Shown: positions 20,546 to 30,978 of the stretch, one piece after another
How positions within the stretch are numbered: the first letter of the stretch is position 1
Layout: the number at the start of each line of letters is the position of its first letter
Assembly: GCA_965223265.1 (NCBI GenBank)
Contig: OZ244999.1
Span: forward strand, 4,672,001 to 4,736,000
Length of the DNA stretch: 64,000 nt
Reading direction: 5' to 3'
DNA from: Planctomycetota bacterium
GTDB lineage: Bacteria; Planctomycetota; UBA8108; SXIK01
Notes under the pieces: model-generated
What the model was told of the DNA's origin: nothing
Databases searched by the model: none
Seen by the model: the letters and a program-made list of their open reading frames with translations, nothing else
Made by a program: the position numbers and the translations under genes

Positions 20546-20938
20546 ATGTGTTCGACGGTAGCGATGAGAAGAAGGCGGGGGCGGAATCAGAAGCGGGGGC
20601 AACCATGCAGCGGCGGCTCGGGTCGATAGTGCGAGTTGGTCAAACACAGCGCACGGGCGTACCTCCCTGAAGTCCACCGTGCGGCGTTCCACGACCGCCG
20701 ATCGAACCGTAGGACAAGGGTCTCTGAGCCCTTCCGGCGGGAAACTTGGTGTTCTCCGTCCCCTTGGGTGCAAAAGAGAAGCGCTTCAAGACCATCCGCG
20801 ATGGGTTTGCGTGGGGGTTTGCGTGGGCGTGGGCGTGTTCTACCTTGTGAAAATCCTTCTGTCTCCGTCCACTGCCTCGCATTCGCCGCCAGACTCGTGG
20901 CTTTTCACGTCGGCTCCATCCGAGTAGGCTCGCGCCTC

Positions 20939-22075
20939 ATGTCGCGTCTGCACACCTTCTTTGCCACTTGTGCTCCGGGGCTGGAGCCTCTGCTTCACGA
21001 CGAGGCACGTCGGCTGCGGCTGGCGAGGATCGAACGCCAGGTCGGCGGCGTGCGGTTCGCTGGCCGTCTCGAGGACGCCTGGCGTGCGAACCTCTATTTT
21101 CGTACTGCCATTCGGGTTCTGCAGCGACTTGCGCGCTTTGAGGCACGCGATCAGGACGAGCTCTACAAGGGCGTGCAGGAGCTCGACTGGATGCGCTGGC
21201 TGCGGCCTCACGCCACGCTCGCTGTCAGTGCGCAGTCGAGCGACTCCCAGCTCGATCACTCGCTTTTCGTCGCGCAGCGCACCAAAGACGCCATCGTCGA
21301 CCAGGTGCGAAAAACATCCGGCTCACGCCCGGACGTCGACAAGGAGGATCCCGATCTTCTCGTGCATGTTCACCTCTACCGAGACCGCTGCACGGTGTCC
21401 GTCGACACCTCCGGCGAATCGCTCCACAAGCGCGGTTGGCGACGTTATCAAGGGCGCGCGCCGCTGGCTGAAACGCTTGCTGCTGCCGTCGTTTTACTGT
21501 CGGGGTGGGATCGGCGCTCGCCGCTGCTCGATCCGTTCTGCGGTTCGGCGACGATTCTGATCGAAGCCGCGCTTTTGGCGGCTGACTTCGCGCCCGGTAT
21601 GTTTCGCCGCGGCTTCGCTTTCGAGCGTTTTCCCGATCACGATCCACAGCGCTGGCAGGCGCTCCGCGCCAAGACGCGAGATGCAGCTAGGTTTCCGCCG
21701 CGTTTGATTCTTCGCGGCAGCGACACGAGCGTTCGCGCGATCGAGGGCGCACGTGAAAACCTTGCCGCGGCGGAACTGGACGACCGCATCGAAATCGAGC
21801 AATGCGATGTGTGTGCGTTCGACTTTCGCCGCGGCTGGAACGCCTGGATCGTCACCAATCCTCCATACGGCGAACGTGTCGGCAACACGGGCGAGCTGAT
21901 TCCGCTCTTCGCTGACTTTGGCCGCATTGTTAGCGACCACTGCTCTGGTTACCACCTGGCGCTCTTGTCGGGCTCTCGTGAGCTGACGCGCGCGCTCGGG
22001 ATCAGGGCGGACAGCGCAGTTCGCCTGATGAACGGACGTCTGCCGTGTGAGCTACTGTGCGCGCGGGTGCCGTAG
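20939..22075 (+). CDS. rlmL: THUMP-domain 23S rRNA m2G2445-type methyltransferase (stand-alone RlmL-like)
   Basis: FFATCAPGLE, KDAIVDQ, DTSGESLHKRGWR, APLAETLAAA, LLDPFCGS.TILIEAA, IVTNPPYGER. Confidence 0.85.
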   Translation: MSRLHTFFATCAPGLEPLLHDEARRLRLARIERQVGGVRFAGRLEDAWRANLYFRTAIRVLQRLARFEARDQDELYKGVQELDWMRWLRPHATLAVSAQSSDSQLDHSLFVAQRTKDAIVDQVRKTSGSRPDVDKEDPDLLVHVHLYRDRCTVSVDTSGESLHKRGWRRYQGRAPLAETLAAAVVLLSGWDRRSPLLDPFCGSATILIEAALLAADFAPGMFRRGFAFERFPDHDPQRWQALRAKTRDAARFPPRLILRGSDTSVRAIEGARENLAAAELDDRIEIEQCDVCAFDFRRGWNAWIVTNPPYGERVGNTGELIPLFADFGRIVSDHCSGYHLALLSGSRELTRALGIRADSAVRLMNGRLPCELLCARVP

Positions 22076-22238
22076 GGAGTCAAAACAGGGCGAGGCCTTC
22101 GGAAACGTCACTGCTGCGTCTGGCGGTCGGCAGCAGGTCTAAGGTTGACTTCATCGATCACGGAAAGGACACTTGAACACCTTCTCCTCCCTCCCACGCC
22201 GGCTGAGCCCTTCCACGTCAAGTGGAGGCTTCCACTTG

Positions 22239-22373
22239 TCACGAACGAGACTCTGCAGCGCAGTGAACGACCTGATTGACCATCTTCGACGGGCGCAGGA
22301 GGAACTGGCGCTGCGCACAGCGCCTGGTGATCAGGTAAGTGGTCCCGGGAATGATTTGTCGTGGCGCTGTCAT
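22239..22373 (-). pseudogene. truncated Y1 (IS200-like / REP-associated tyrosine) transposase N-terminal fragment
   Basis: My translation, below the ORF-track cut-off: MTAPRQIIPGTTYLITRRCAQRQFLLRPSKMVNQVVHCAAESRS*. It resembles the RAYT N-terminus but stops before the HUH motif. Confidence 0.7.
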
Positions 22374-22710
22374 CGCCGCCACTTATAGGCAAACGCCATT
22401 CCACGCACGCAAGATCGCAGAAAAACGACACAAGTCGGTGCGACAACTCAGTCTCGTTCGGGCAGCCGTCTGGCGAGGTAGCGCTCGACTGTTGCGTACT
22501 CGCGACAACTGTTCACAACCGGACGACCGAAAACGACATCAGCGATTTTTTCTTCGATTTGTGACGGTTTTTTTGGTGTTCGCCAACCCCGGCAGAGAAG
22601 GAGGGATCGGTTTTGGTGTCGAGATCTCACGGTCGACACAACCTCGGGACCGGCAGCCACTAGCGGAGCCAAAGCAATGGTAGCTATGGCCACAGAAGCG
22701 TTTCACGGCG

Positions 22711-23502
22711 CTATGGCATCTTGCGCGTCGCGTACAGCAAACCTTCGGTTGGTTTTCGGTTATGCGCTGAGTACTGAACCTCGAAACCATGGGACCGCAG
22801 GCAGTCCACCAAGGTTTCGGCCCGCGCTCGCTCATCGCCGGGAACGATGTGATACTCGCAGTGAATGCGCTGAATCCGCCGCATCGTCGCTTCGTCGGCC
22901 CCACCGAGGATAGCGTATTCAGCGCCCTCGACATCCAATTTGAGTAGGTCGCAGGTGTCGATGTCGTGACGTGCGAAAAGCGTGCGGAGAGACACCACCG
23001 GGACCTCGTCGTAGTGCTCCGACATCGGCACGTCCCGCTCAGAAACGAGCGAGTAGGAGCCGGTCAGGAGGTTTGACTCGGGATGATACAGTCGCTGGAC
23101 GCCGTCTTTGTCTGCGACGGCCGCCTGCACCACCTCGACATTGCGCTCGCCGACATTGCGGCGGAGCTGATCGAAGTTGCCCGCAAACGGCTCGTATGCA
23201 ATCACGCGACGAGCCACCCGCGCGGCTCGAATCGAGAAGAAACCCGCGTTGGCTCCGAGGTCGACCACGCAGTCCCAGCAGCCCGGTGCGAGACCGTCGA
23301 GCTGGTACTCGTCCTTGAGGAACATCTGGCGGAAGATGTGGTACTCCCGCATCCCGCCGCGAATGCGAAACGGGTCCTCGCCGCGTAGCCGCACCGTGAG
23401 GGCAGTCTCCAGCTTCTGCGTCTTACGGAAGCGGATGATCTCCCAGGGATTTTCAGCAATCCGACGAAGCTTGAGGAAGTCGGAAAAATCTGCCAGGCGC
23501 AC
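22711..23502 (-). CDS. FkbM family SAM-dependent methyltransferase
   Basis: VVDLGANAGFFS, AYEP, DLLKLDVEGAEY, I.CEYH. GTG start with AGAGGAG RBS. Confidence 0.9.
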   Translation of the reverse strand: MRLADFSDFLKLRRIAENPWEIIRFRKTQKLETALTVRLRGEDPFRIRGGMREYHIFRQMFLKDEYQLDGLAPGCWDCVVDLGANAGFFSIRAARVARRVIAYEPFAGNFDQLRRNVGERNVEVVQAAVADKDGVQRLYHPESNLLTGSYSLVSERDVPMSEHYDEVPVVSLRTLFARHDIDTCDLLKLDVEGAEYAILGGADEATMRRIQRIHCEYHIVPGDERARAETLVDCLRSHGFEVQYSAHNRKPTEGLLYATRKMP

Positions 23503-23518
23503 GAGACGTCTCCTCTAA

Positions 23519-23678
23519 CAGCCCGTTGAAAAAGTGCTTCGAGCCGAAAACTGGTCTCTTCGCGTCCAGATCGGCCGCGGCAAACGCAGGCAATCTTCGG
23601 GATTTTCGAGTATTGACGCGGTCGAGCTGGGCGTGAAGAGACCAGTTTCCTCGGCCGAATGACTTTTTCAACGGGCTG
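23519..23678. mobile_element. MITE copy 2 (160 bp, inverted relative to copy 1)
   Basis: Same 17-bp TIRs. CTAA duplications at 23515-18 and 23679-82. Near-identical to the reverse complement of copy 1. Confidence 0.9.
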
Positions 23679-23803
23679 CTAAGCGTCGGCCAATGGTCGA
23701 TCGAGTCAGCCCGGAAAATAGCCTGTGTGCGCGGTGAAGTCGAAGCAAATCCGCAGTAGCCGGATTGAGACACGCCGGGCTCCAGAGTCCCAAAGAATCA
23801 AAT

Positions 23804-23964
23804 CCCAGGTTCGTTCCCGAGGGTGGGTTCGTTCCCGACGGTGCACGACGCGATCACGTCCGTTTAGAGCGTCTTTCACTCGTCGCCACGCCTCCCAAGA
23901 AAGTCGACCCAGGTTCGCGGCGACGCACGACGCAAAAAAAGTCGACCCAGGTTCGCGGCGACGC
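23804..23964. repeat. intergenic direct repeats sharing a (CCCA)GGTTCG core
   Basis: GGTTCGTTCCCGA x2 (23808, 23826) and the 27-mer AAAGTCGACCCAGGTTCGCGGCGACGC x2 (23900, 23938). Confidence 0.7.
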
Positions 23965-24033
23965 GACGCAGCCCCGGCGGCCCCGGCGGCCCACCGACGG
24001 CTGAGACCGCATGACAACCGCCCCACCACCGCC

Positions 24034-26070
24034 TCAGCGCCGCCGCCGCCCCGCCGACCGTCGCCCCGGCCGATATCCGACTCCGGGGGCCCGCTGCGTC
24101 GAATGGACGTGGTCGCCGCCAAGACTCTTCGTCGCCTGCCGAGCCGCCTGCCGGCGCCGGGCCTCGATGGCTGCTGGTGGTGGACGCGACGGAACCAGGC
24201 AATCGCAGCCGTCACCGATGAGGTCGCCACGGCCAGCGTCGAGGAGGATCCGCCTCACCGCGAAGTAATTCTCCGGCATAAAGAACTGCATGAGCGCCCG
24301 CTGTGCTTTGCGGTCACGCATTTTCTTGGCGACCGCGACCGGCTTCCTGGTCATCGGATCGAGGCCAGTGTGGTACATGCAGGCCGCTATGTCGAACGGC
24401 GCCGGGATGAAATCCTGCACCTGTTCAGGTCGATAGCCGCTGCGTTTGAGAAACAGCGCCAACTGAATCATCGCCTCGGTATCGCTCCCAGGATGTGCAG
24501 AGATGAAATATGGCACCAAGTACTGGTTCTTGCCGACATCCTTCGAAGCCGCTGTGAACTTGGCGTCGAAATCCTCAAAGTTCTCGGCGCTCGGCCGCTT
24601 CATTCTCGCCAGCGTCTCACCGTCGCTGTGCTCCTGCGCGACTTTCAGGTGACCGCCGACGTGATGTGTCGCCAGCTCCTTGAGATAACGCGCGTCATGG
24701 CGCGCCAGGTCCATCCGTACGCCACTGGCCACGAACACCTTACGCACCCCGTTTTGCGAACGCGCCGCCTTCATGACTTGGATGAGTGGACCATGGTCAG
24801 TCTCCAGGAGAGGGCACACCTTCGGATGCACACACGAGAGCCGCTTACAGACCGCCTCGACCTGCGGGTCGCGACAACGCATCTCGTACATATTGGCGGT
24901 CGGCCCACCGATGTCGCTGACGATTCCCTTGAAGTCAGAATCCGCAGCCATACGGCGGACCTCACGCTCAATCGACTCCTTGCTCCGCGACTGGATGATC
25001 CGTCCTTGGTGCGTCGTGATCGAACAATACGTGCAGCCGCCAAAGCAGCCACGCATGATCGTCACCGAGTCTTGGACGACCTGAAAGGCAGGGATAGGGT
25101 CGACATAACTCGGATGCGGCTGGCGCGTATATGGGAGCTCGTAGAAAAAGTCCATCGCCCGCTGCGACTCCGGCAGACGCGGCGGATTGCACACCACGGC
25201 CTGACGGTCGTGCCGCTGCACAAGCGTCTTCGCGTTGTACGGATTCGTCTCGAGGTGAATGATGCGCGTCGCTTCCGCAAAAGCGAAGCGGTCAGCCTTG
25301 ACCTCCTCGTAAGACGGAAGGACGGCGACGTCCGGGCCGCTCGGTGGCGCTTCCTTGGCGCCAAGAGCGTAGGCGACCCCGCGGAGCGAACGCAGTGCGC
25401 GGACGTCCTCGCCGCGATCGAGCTGCTGCGCGATCTCGACGATCGCTGACTCCCCCATGCCGAAGACAACAAGGTCTGCCTTCGCATCGAGAATGATGGA
25501 CCGCTTCACCGTGTCGCTCCAGTAGTCGTAGTGCGCGAGGCGTCGCAGGCTCGCCTCAACACCTCCGGCGATCACTGGCACATCTTTGTATGCTTCACGT
25601 GCACGCTGGCAGTACACGAGCGTAGCGCGATCCGGACGCCGACCGATAGCGCCACCTGGCGAGTAGGCATCGTCGTTACGCACCTTTCGGTTCGCGGTGT
25701 AGTGGTTGATCATCGAGTCCATGTTGCCTGCGCTGATGGCGAAGAAGAGACGAGGTCTTCCAAAACGCCGCCACGCGTCAGCGCTCTGCCACTCAGGCTG
25801 CGAAAGGAGTGCGACGCGAAAGCCGTTCGCTTCGAGCGCGCGGCCAAGGATCGCCATAGCGAAACTTGGGTGATCGATGTATGCGTCGCCCGTGACGAAC
25901 ACGACATCGACTTCGTCCCAACCGCGCGCTTCGACCTCACCTGGTGACATCGGTAGGGGCTGCGGCGGCGCGGAATCGGCGGCGGCACGATCGATCCGCT
26001 GCAGCTGAGTCACGGGGATGAACGTCTCCGGTGTGTGCGCACCGGGACGAGGCCGGAGAGACCTCTCCAT
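24034..26070 (-). CDS. ygiQ: YgiQ/UPF0313 family radical SAM protein
   Basis: [51 protein letters not shown] (CxxxCxxC), [26 protein letters not shown]. Confidence 0.93.
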   Translation of the reverse strand: MERSLRPRPGAHTPETFIPVTQLQRIDRAAADSAPPQPLPMSPGEVEARGWDEVDVVFVTGDAYIDHPSFAMAILGRALEANGFRVALLSQPEWQSADAWRRFGRPRLFFAISAGNMDSMINHYTANRKVRNDDAYSPGGAIGRRPDRATLVYCQRAREAYKDVPVIAGGVEASLRRLAHYDYWSDTVKRSIILDAKADLVVFGMGESAIVEIAQQLDRGEDVRALRSLRGVAYALGAKEAPPSGPDVAVLPSYEEVKADRFAFAEATRIIHLETNPYNAKTLVQRHDRQAVVCNPPRLPESQRAMDFFYELPYTRQPHPSYVDPIPAFQVVQDSVTIMRGCFGGCTYCSITTHQGRIIQSRSKESIEREVRRMAADSDFKGIVSDIGGPTANMYEMRCRDPQVEAVCKRLSCVHPKVCPLLETDHGPLIQVMKAARSQNGVRKVFVASGVRMDLARHDARYLKELATHHVGGHLKVAQEHSDGETLARMKRPSAENFEDFDAKFTAASKDVGKNQYLVPYFISAHPGSDTEAMIQLALFLKRSGYRPEQVQDFIPAPFDIAACMYHTGLDPMTRKPVAVAKKMRDRKAQRALMQFFMPENYFAVRRILLDAGRGDLIGDGCDCLVPSRPPPAAIEARRRQAARQATKSLGGDHVHSTQRAPGVGYRPGRRSAGRRRR

Positions 26071-26493
26071 CGCTGAATCAGTCCTTCTGATCGACGCCGT
26101 CCGCTCAACGCTCGCGACGCTATCTTTGCAGTTGACCAGGCCGGCCGACCGACCTCTTGGTCGTCCTCTGGCCAGTTCCGGCCGTAGAACTCGACTGTTC
26201 TACCAGCTCTCGGTCCAAGTGACCACCGCGTTCTCGCGATCCGGCTCCCTTCCATGTCGCGCTGCTACTGCCCCCGAACGGGCTCTCCGCCCCGGCTCCC
26301 CCACTCGTGCCTCTTCCCCTCCGCGCTCGCATCATTTGGATGCCGTGGTATGATCTTCCTCGCGCTCGGCGGTCGGGGGGCTGTGCGAGAGCGCGGCTCG
26401 CCCGAGTCCATAGCAGCGGCGTGCCGGCCGCGAGCCGGCGCAAAGGACCGAATTCAGTCGAAAGAGCCCAGGCTCGAGAGAGAGGAGTGCCGC

Positions 26494-26835
26494 ATGCCGG
26501 TCATACCGTGGGAATCGTCACGTGATTTCGAAGAGTTCGTCGCTTCCGGCGAAGCCGGATTCATCTTGAAGCACAGCACCCGCTGCCCCGTGTCGAGCGA
26601 GGCCAAAAAAGAGTTCGAGGCGTTCGCCGAAGACTCACCTGACATCCCCGCATTTCTCGTCTTGGTCGTCGAGAACCGGGCCACTTCGAACGCCGTGACG
26701 CAGGAGCTGGACGTCAAACATGCGTCGCCGCAGGCCATTTTAGTGCAGAGCGGAAAAGCAACGTGGAACGCTTCCCACTGGGATGTTACCGCTGCCAATT
26801 TGAAATCCGCTTGGGAAGCCGTCACCGCCAGCTGA
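26494..26835 (+). CDS. ytxJ: YtxJ/DUF2847 monothiol thioredoxin-fold protein
   Basis: ILKHSTRCPVS, V.ENR..SN.V...L.VKH.SPQAIL...GKA.WNASHW. RBS GAGGAG before the ATG at 26494. Confidence 0.85.
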   Translation: MPVIPWESSRDFEEFVASGEAGFILKHSTRCPVSSEAKKEFEAFAEDSPDIPAFLVLVVENRATSNAVTQELDVKHASPQAILVQSGKATWNASHWDVTAANLKSAWEAVTAS

Positions 26836-26920
26836 GCGCGCCATCATTTCGGTGCGGCGCTTTCCCGTCCGCTAGAACCCCACGTGGCACAGGCACAGCC
26901 ACTCGCCCAGGAGATTCACA

Positions 26921-27295
26921 GTGCTGATTCGCCGTCACCGTGAATGTGAAGAATTCGTCGCCGGCGACGATTCCATCCTGCGTGAACTGCTCCACCCGGA
27001 CAAGCAAGCCGTGGAGCTCCGCTACAGCTTGGCGCACGCCATCGTCCCCGCCGGTCAAGTGACGACGCCGCATCGCCTCCGCACCAGTGAGGTGTATTAC
27101 ATCATCAGCGGCACGGCCGAGATGCACATCGATGGCGAAACGTCGACCATCGGACCGGGCGATGCCGTGTACATTCCGCCTGGTGCAACGCAGTTCGTTC
27201 GCAATAGCAGCAACGAAGCGCTCAAGTTCGTCTGCATTGTCGACCCGGCATGGCGCCAGGAAGACGAAGAGATTCTCGAGCGCGCCAAGGCTTGA
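26921..27295 (+). CDS. cupin domain protein
   Basis: LRELLHP, YSLAHA.V..G..T.PH....EVYYI.SG, GDAVYIPPG..Q...N, CIVDPAW. Confidence 0.85.
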   Translation: MLIRRHRECEEFVAGDDSILRELLHPDKQAVELRYSLAHAIVPAGQVTTPHRLRTSEVYYIISGTAEMHIDGETSTIGPGDAVYIPPGATQFVRNSSNEALKFVCIVDPAWRQEDEEILERAKA

Positions 27296-27319
27296 GCGGA
27301 CAGCTACGCTGTGCGGCGA

Positions 27320-28441
27320 TCACTTCGTTCGCAAGATGATGTGGTAGCCGAACTGCGTCAAGACTGGCTCAGAAACCTCAGCAACTTCGAGCGCAAACAC
27401 GGCAGCGTCAAACGGCGGCACCATGCGACCACGCCCAAATTCACCAAGGCTACCTCCGCCAGGTCCGCTCGGCCCTTCGGAATACTTGCGGGCGAGCTCA
27501 GCAAAGTCGGCGCCGTCGGCGACCGCCTCGGCGCGCACCTTGGTAGCTAGCTCGAGCGCCTCTTCCTTGGTGCGCGTCGCTTGGTCCGAAGTGCCCTGAA
27601 ATCCGATCAAAATGTGACTCGCCTCGACGCGCTCGATCTTGTCGCGCTTGATCACGTGGTAGCCGAACCCAGTTTCGACTGGCCCTGCGATCTCACCGAC
27701 CTTTAGCCGCGCGAGTGCGGCCTCAAAGGCTGGCACCATCTGACCGGTACTGAAGATGCCCAAGGCCCCCCCCTTCGGCCCCGAGGGACCATCGGAGTGC
27801 TCACGCGCCAGGGCGCCGAAGTCTGCGCCTTCCGCCTTCGCCTTCGCCGTCAGCTCGGTCGCCAGTTTCTCTGCGTCCTCTTTTGATCTGGTGACTTCCG
27901 GCCCAGCGCGCTGGCTCCCCTTGTACTGAATCAAAATGTGAGACGCCGCGTACTCGATGATTTCAAAGCGTGTCAGGACGTGAAAGCCAAGCGGCGACTC
28001 GACCACGTCGGAGACCTGGCCGACCTCCATGCCGAAGAGCGCGGCGCCAAGAGCTTGAAACTCCGGCCGCAGACCCCGGTTCTGTATGATGCCAATCTTG
28101 CCGCCGAGCGCGACGCTCCGCGCGTCGTCGGAGTAGGTGTTCACCACGTCTTCCCACTTTGCATCACTCTTGCGCGCTGCAGCCAGCGCCTCGTCCGCCC
28201 GGGCTCTGGCCTCTTCCTTCGTCCGCGTCACGGTCGGCGGTTTCTGCTGAGCTTCTGCATGTGAAACGAGGATGTGAGCTGCCAAAACGCGACTCGGGGC
28301 TGCAGCTGGCTTGGTCGGGACTTTGCTCTGCGGCTTGGCGTCTTCCGCCAAGAGTGCCGCGCTGCAACCAGCGAGCATGAAAACCGCCACGGCGACGCGG
28401 GCGAGTGACGATAGAGTCGTGTTCGTAGTCAAAACGTTCAT
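27320..28441 (-). CDS. secreted peptidyl-prolyl isomerase with three tandem parvulin domains
   Basis: Three (A)A(S/A)HIL...TR.KEEA...YS/HS D/E...GG.LG...F...(E/L)(S/T)..G(F/Y)H units after a signal peptide. Confidence 0.92.
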   Translation of the reverse strand: MNVLTTNTTLSSLARVAVAVFMLAGCSAALLAEDAKPQSKVPTKPAAAPSRVLAAHILVSHAEAQQKPPTVTRTKEEARARADEALAAARKSDAKWEDVVNTYSDDARSVALGGKIGIIQNRGLRPEFQALGAALFGMEVGQVSDVVESPLGFHVLTRFEIIEYAASHILIQYKGSQRAGPEVTRSKEDAEKLATELTAKAKAEGADFGALAREHSDGPSGPKGGALGIFSTGQMVPAFEAALARLKVGEIAGPVETGFGYHVIKRDKIERVEASHILIGFQGTSDQATRTKEEALELATKVRAEAVADGADFAELARKYSEGPSGPGGGSLGEFGRGRMVPPFDAAVFALEVAEVSEPVLTQFGYHIILRTK

Positions 28442-28842
28442 GAAGCGTCTCCTCAGAGGAAGATGGGCGTTTCGGGAATCCCGCGGTCCCATGCAGATCA
28501 ACACATCAGGGCACCACAGGAGCTTCTCAGACTCCCGTGAGTTTTCGCACCTGGCGCCTGGAGCTCCCGGTGCAGGTGCTCAAAACACCGACCCGATCCC
28601 TACATCATACCGGTGCGGTGCGGCGGGATCGAACGCCATGCACGTCGCGGACAACTGTCCACGGCGCTCTCGCAGGAGAAATTCGGTGCCAAGCGTAACC
28701 GATATCCTCGGAAGGCGCCCGCAAAAAGCCTGCGTCGGAAGCGATTCGCACTGACTGCAGGCGACCGGAAAGACAACCGGCCCCGAGGCGACACACGTCA
28801 TCTCGGGGCCGGCCATTGTTGCCAAGGGCTGAACTCAGCGCG

Positions 28843-30978
28843 TTAGAGACTTTCCTCACAGAAGAGGGTGTCCGCGGTCGAGTCGAAACCACTGATCACC
28901 GCGCCTGGTGGCGGCAACTTGACGTTGCCGACGAAAAGGAACTGGAGCGTCGTGATTCCGTCTGAGACGTCAACCGCGCCATCGTCGTTAGAGTCCGCCG
29001 CATCGAAGCAGACAGGACGTTCGACGTTGTCGCCGCCAACAAAGAGATAAACGAGTGTGTGGATCGGATCGCTGACATCAACGACGAGGTCGGCGTTCGA
29101 GTCGCCGCGCAAGAACGGTGCGTCGAATGGACCGACGACGGCAAAACCATCGTCGACAGGCAGCTGAACGCCGCCGCCACCGCCATCGGTGCCGTCACTC
29201 CCGTCGTCGCCGTCGTCGCCATCGTCGTCGTCGACACAGACGACGATCTGACCACGGATCTCGCCGGGCCGGTTCGCTTCGGTGTGCACATTGACGTACG
29301 TGTTGCCAGCGAGCATCTGCTCGACGAGAGACGCCAGCGTGCCATCAAAGCCGATGTCAGGTCGCTCGATGATGTCTTCGTCCGTGATGTCGCCTTCGGC
29401 GATCTCCGTCTTGTCGCCGACATCGATGGGCGGATCGGCCGGTCCGAAAAGAAACGCGACCACCGGACCGTTCTCCCCGGCAGGGCCAACGTGGATGTGC
29501 GCCTGAATGACGCCGACGAGATCAGCGACGTCGAGCTCGAATTCGAGCTTGCCGTCCTCGAGCTCAAACTCAGCTTTGCCCGAGCCGGCCGATTCGACTG
29601 GCGGCACCTCTTGCGAGCCGTCCAAAAGAGCCTTGAACTCGATCTCGTCGTCATCCCCATCATCGTCATCATCATCGTCGTCATCGTCACCCATGTCGCA
29701 GTCAGCCTCGTCGCCGAGGGTCGGGACCACGCCGGTGAGGACAGCGTTCCCGTCGGCGTCGACGACCTCGACCGTCGCGCCGGCCAAGTCGCCGACGCTC
29801 GAGACACCCAAGAGAAGCGCATCCGCATCGCGAAGGAACAGCTCCCCTCGGCCGCGGCTATTGGTGGTGATGTCGCCAGCCGAGGCGCTGGCGCCATCCG
29901 CTGCCGTGACCACAACGCCGAAGACACTCGCAGGGGCAAGGCCCTTGACCTTGACTTTGAACTTCTGCTCGCCGTCGCCTTCGATTTCGATCTCGACTTC
30001 ACCGCGCGCGCCCGACTCAGCGTCGGTTGCCGCGAGACAAGCTTCGCCTTCTTCTTCGTCGTCCTCGTCGCCGTCGCCGTCGCCGTCATCGTCATCAGGA
30101 ACGGTCTTGACGTCTTCGATCGTGCCCTTGAGAACGACGTTGCCTTCCGCATCGGTGACGGCAACGTCGAATCCGATGAGATCGTCCAGGTTACCAACAC
30201 CAAACGGGACCGAGTCACCCTTACCGGTGTCGACGCGCAGTTGGCCATTGCCACCGCCGTTCGTGGTCACGTCGCCGAGCGCTTCCGTCGTGCCATCGGG
30301 GCTCGTTAGGCTGACACTGTAGACCGTTTCGGGATCAAGGTGGCGCACCTTGACGCGGATCTGCAACCTGCCGCCCTCTTGCTTGAGGCGGATTTCACCC
30401 TCAGCGTCGTCGTCGACGGGCGGCTCGGGACGCATGAGCTGCGTTTCACCCTCGCGCTCCTCGTCCATGAAGACGAGGTCCGGCGTCAAACCTGCCAGGA
30501 CGACGTTGCCGTCAGCGTCACGGATTTCAATGGCACGTCCGGCAAGCTGGTCGGCGTTCTCGACACCGAATGGTAGCGGCAGCTCGTCGTCATCGTCGTC
30601 CCCATCATCGTCACCGTCGTCATCGTCACCATCCGGTACCGACCCACCGCCGTCCGTCCCGTCGGTTCCGTCGCTGCCATCGGTGACGGCGGCACCTTCG
30701 AACTCCAGTTTGCCTTCGCCGTCGCCATTGGTGTCGATGGCACCGACGTCAGTCAAGGCGCCCGAGCCATCGTCTAGGTACACACCATAGCTGGCGTCCG
30801 CCCCAAGTCCTTTGACTTTGATCTCCAGCTCGTCATCCTCGATCTCCACCCGACCCATGGCGTCAGGGAAAGGAGCACCCTCAGGCGGAAAGAGATAGCT
30901 CTTTCGGCCGTCGTCGTCGGCGAGGAGTCCGCTGACGCCAAACAGAGTAGCGAAGAGAAAAAAACGGTGTAGCCGCAT
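28843..30978 (-). CDS. secreted acidic protein: three beta-sandwich repeats, CHRD domain, C-terminal dockerin-like domain
   Basis: Signal peptide, poly-Asp linkers, CHRD motifs L.GSQEVPPV, AHIH.G..G.NGPVV..L and YVNVHT...P.GEIRGQI, and an FLRGDSNAD..VDVSD..C.DAADSNDDG tail. Confidence 0.85.
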   Translation of the reverse strand: MRLHRFFLFATLFGVSGLLADDDGRKSYLFPPEGAPFPDAMGRVEIEDDELEIKVKGLGADASYGVYLDDGSGALTDVGAIDTNGDGEGKLEFEGAAVTDGSDGTDGTDGGGSVPDGDDDDGDDDGDDDDDELPLPFGVENADQLAGRAIEIRDADGNVVLAGLTPDLVFMDEEREGETQLMRPEPPVDDDAEGEIRLKQEGGRLQIRVKVRHLDPETVYSVSLTSPDGTTEALGDVTTNGGGNGQLRVDTGKGDSVPFGVGNLDDLIGFDVAVTDAEGNVVLKGTIEDVKTVPDDDDGDGDGDEDDEEEGEACLAATDAESGARGEVEIEIEGDGEQKFKVKVKGLAPASVFGVVVTAADGASASAGDITTNSRGRGELFLRDADALLLGVSSVGDLAGATVEVVDADGNAVLTGVVPTLGDEADCDMGDDDDDDDDDDGDDDEIEFKALLDGSQEVPPVESAGSGKAEFELEDGKLEFELDVADLVGVIQAHIHVGPAGENGPVVAFLFGPADPPIDVGDKTEIAEGDITDEDIIERPDIGFDGTLASLVEQMLAGNTYVNVHTEANRPGEIRGQIVVCVDDDDGDDGDDGSDGTDGGGGGVQLPVDDGFAVVGPFDAPFLRGDSNADLVVDVSDPIHTLVYLFVGGDNVERPVCFDAADSNDDGAVDVSDGITTLQFLFVGNVKLPPPGAVISGFDSTADTLFCEESL

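Noticed and set aside
23900-23964. possible mini-CRISPR
   Set aside because: Only two repeats with an 11-bp spacer and no cas genes in the window.
23725-25449. 574-aa + strand ORF
   Set aside because: Antisense shadow of the ygiQ-like gene with no recognisable motifs. The same applies to other long antisense ORFs, such as 1985-3133, 29059-30309 and 41278-42435.
28676-28692. sigma54-like TGGCAC-N5-TTCT on the minus strand
   Set aside because: The -12 element deviates from TTGC and there is no other support.
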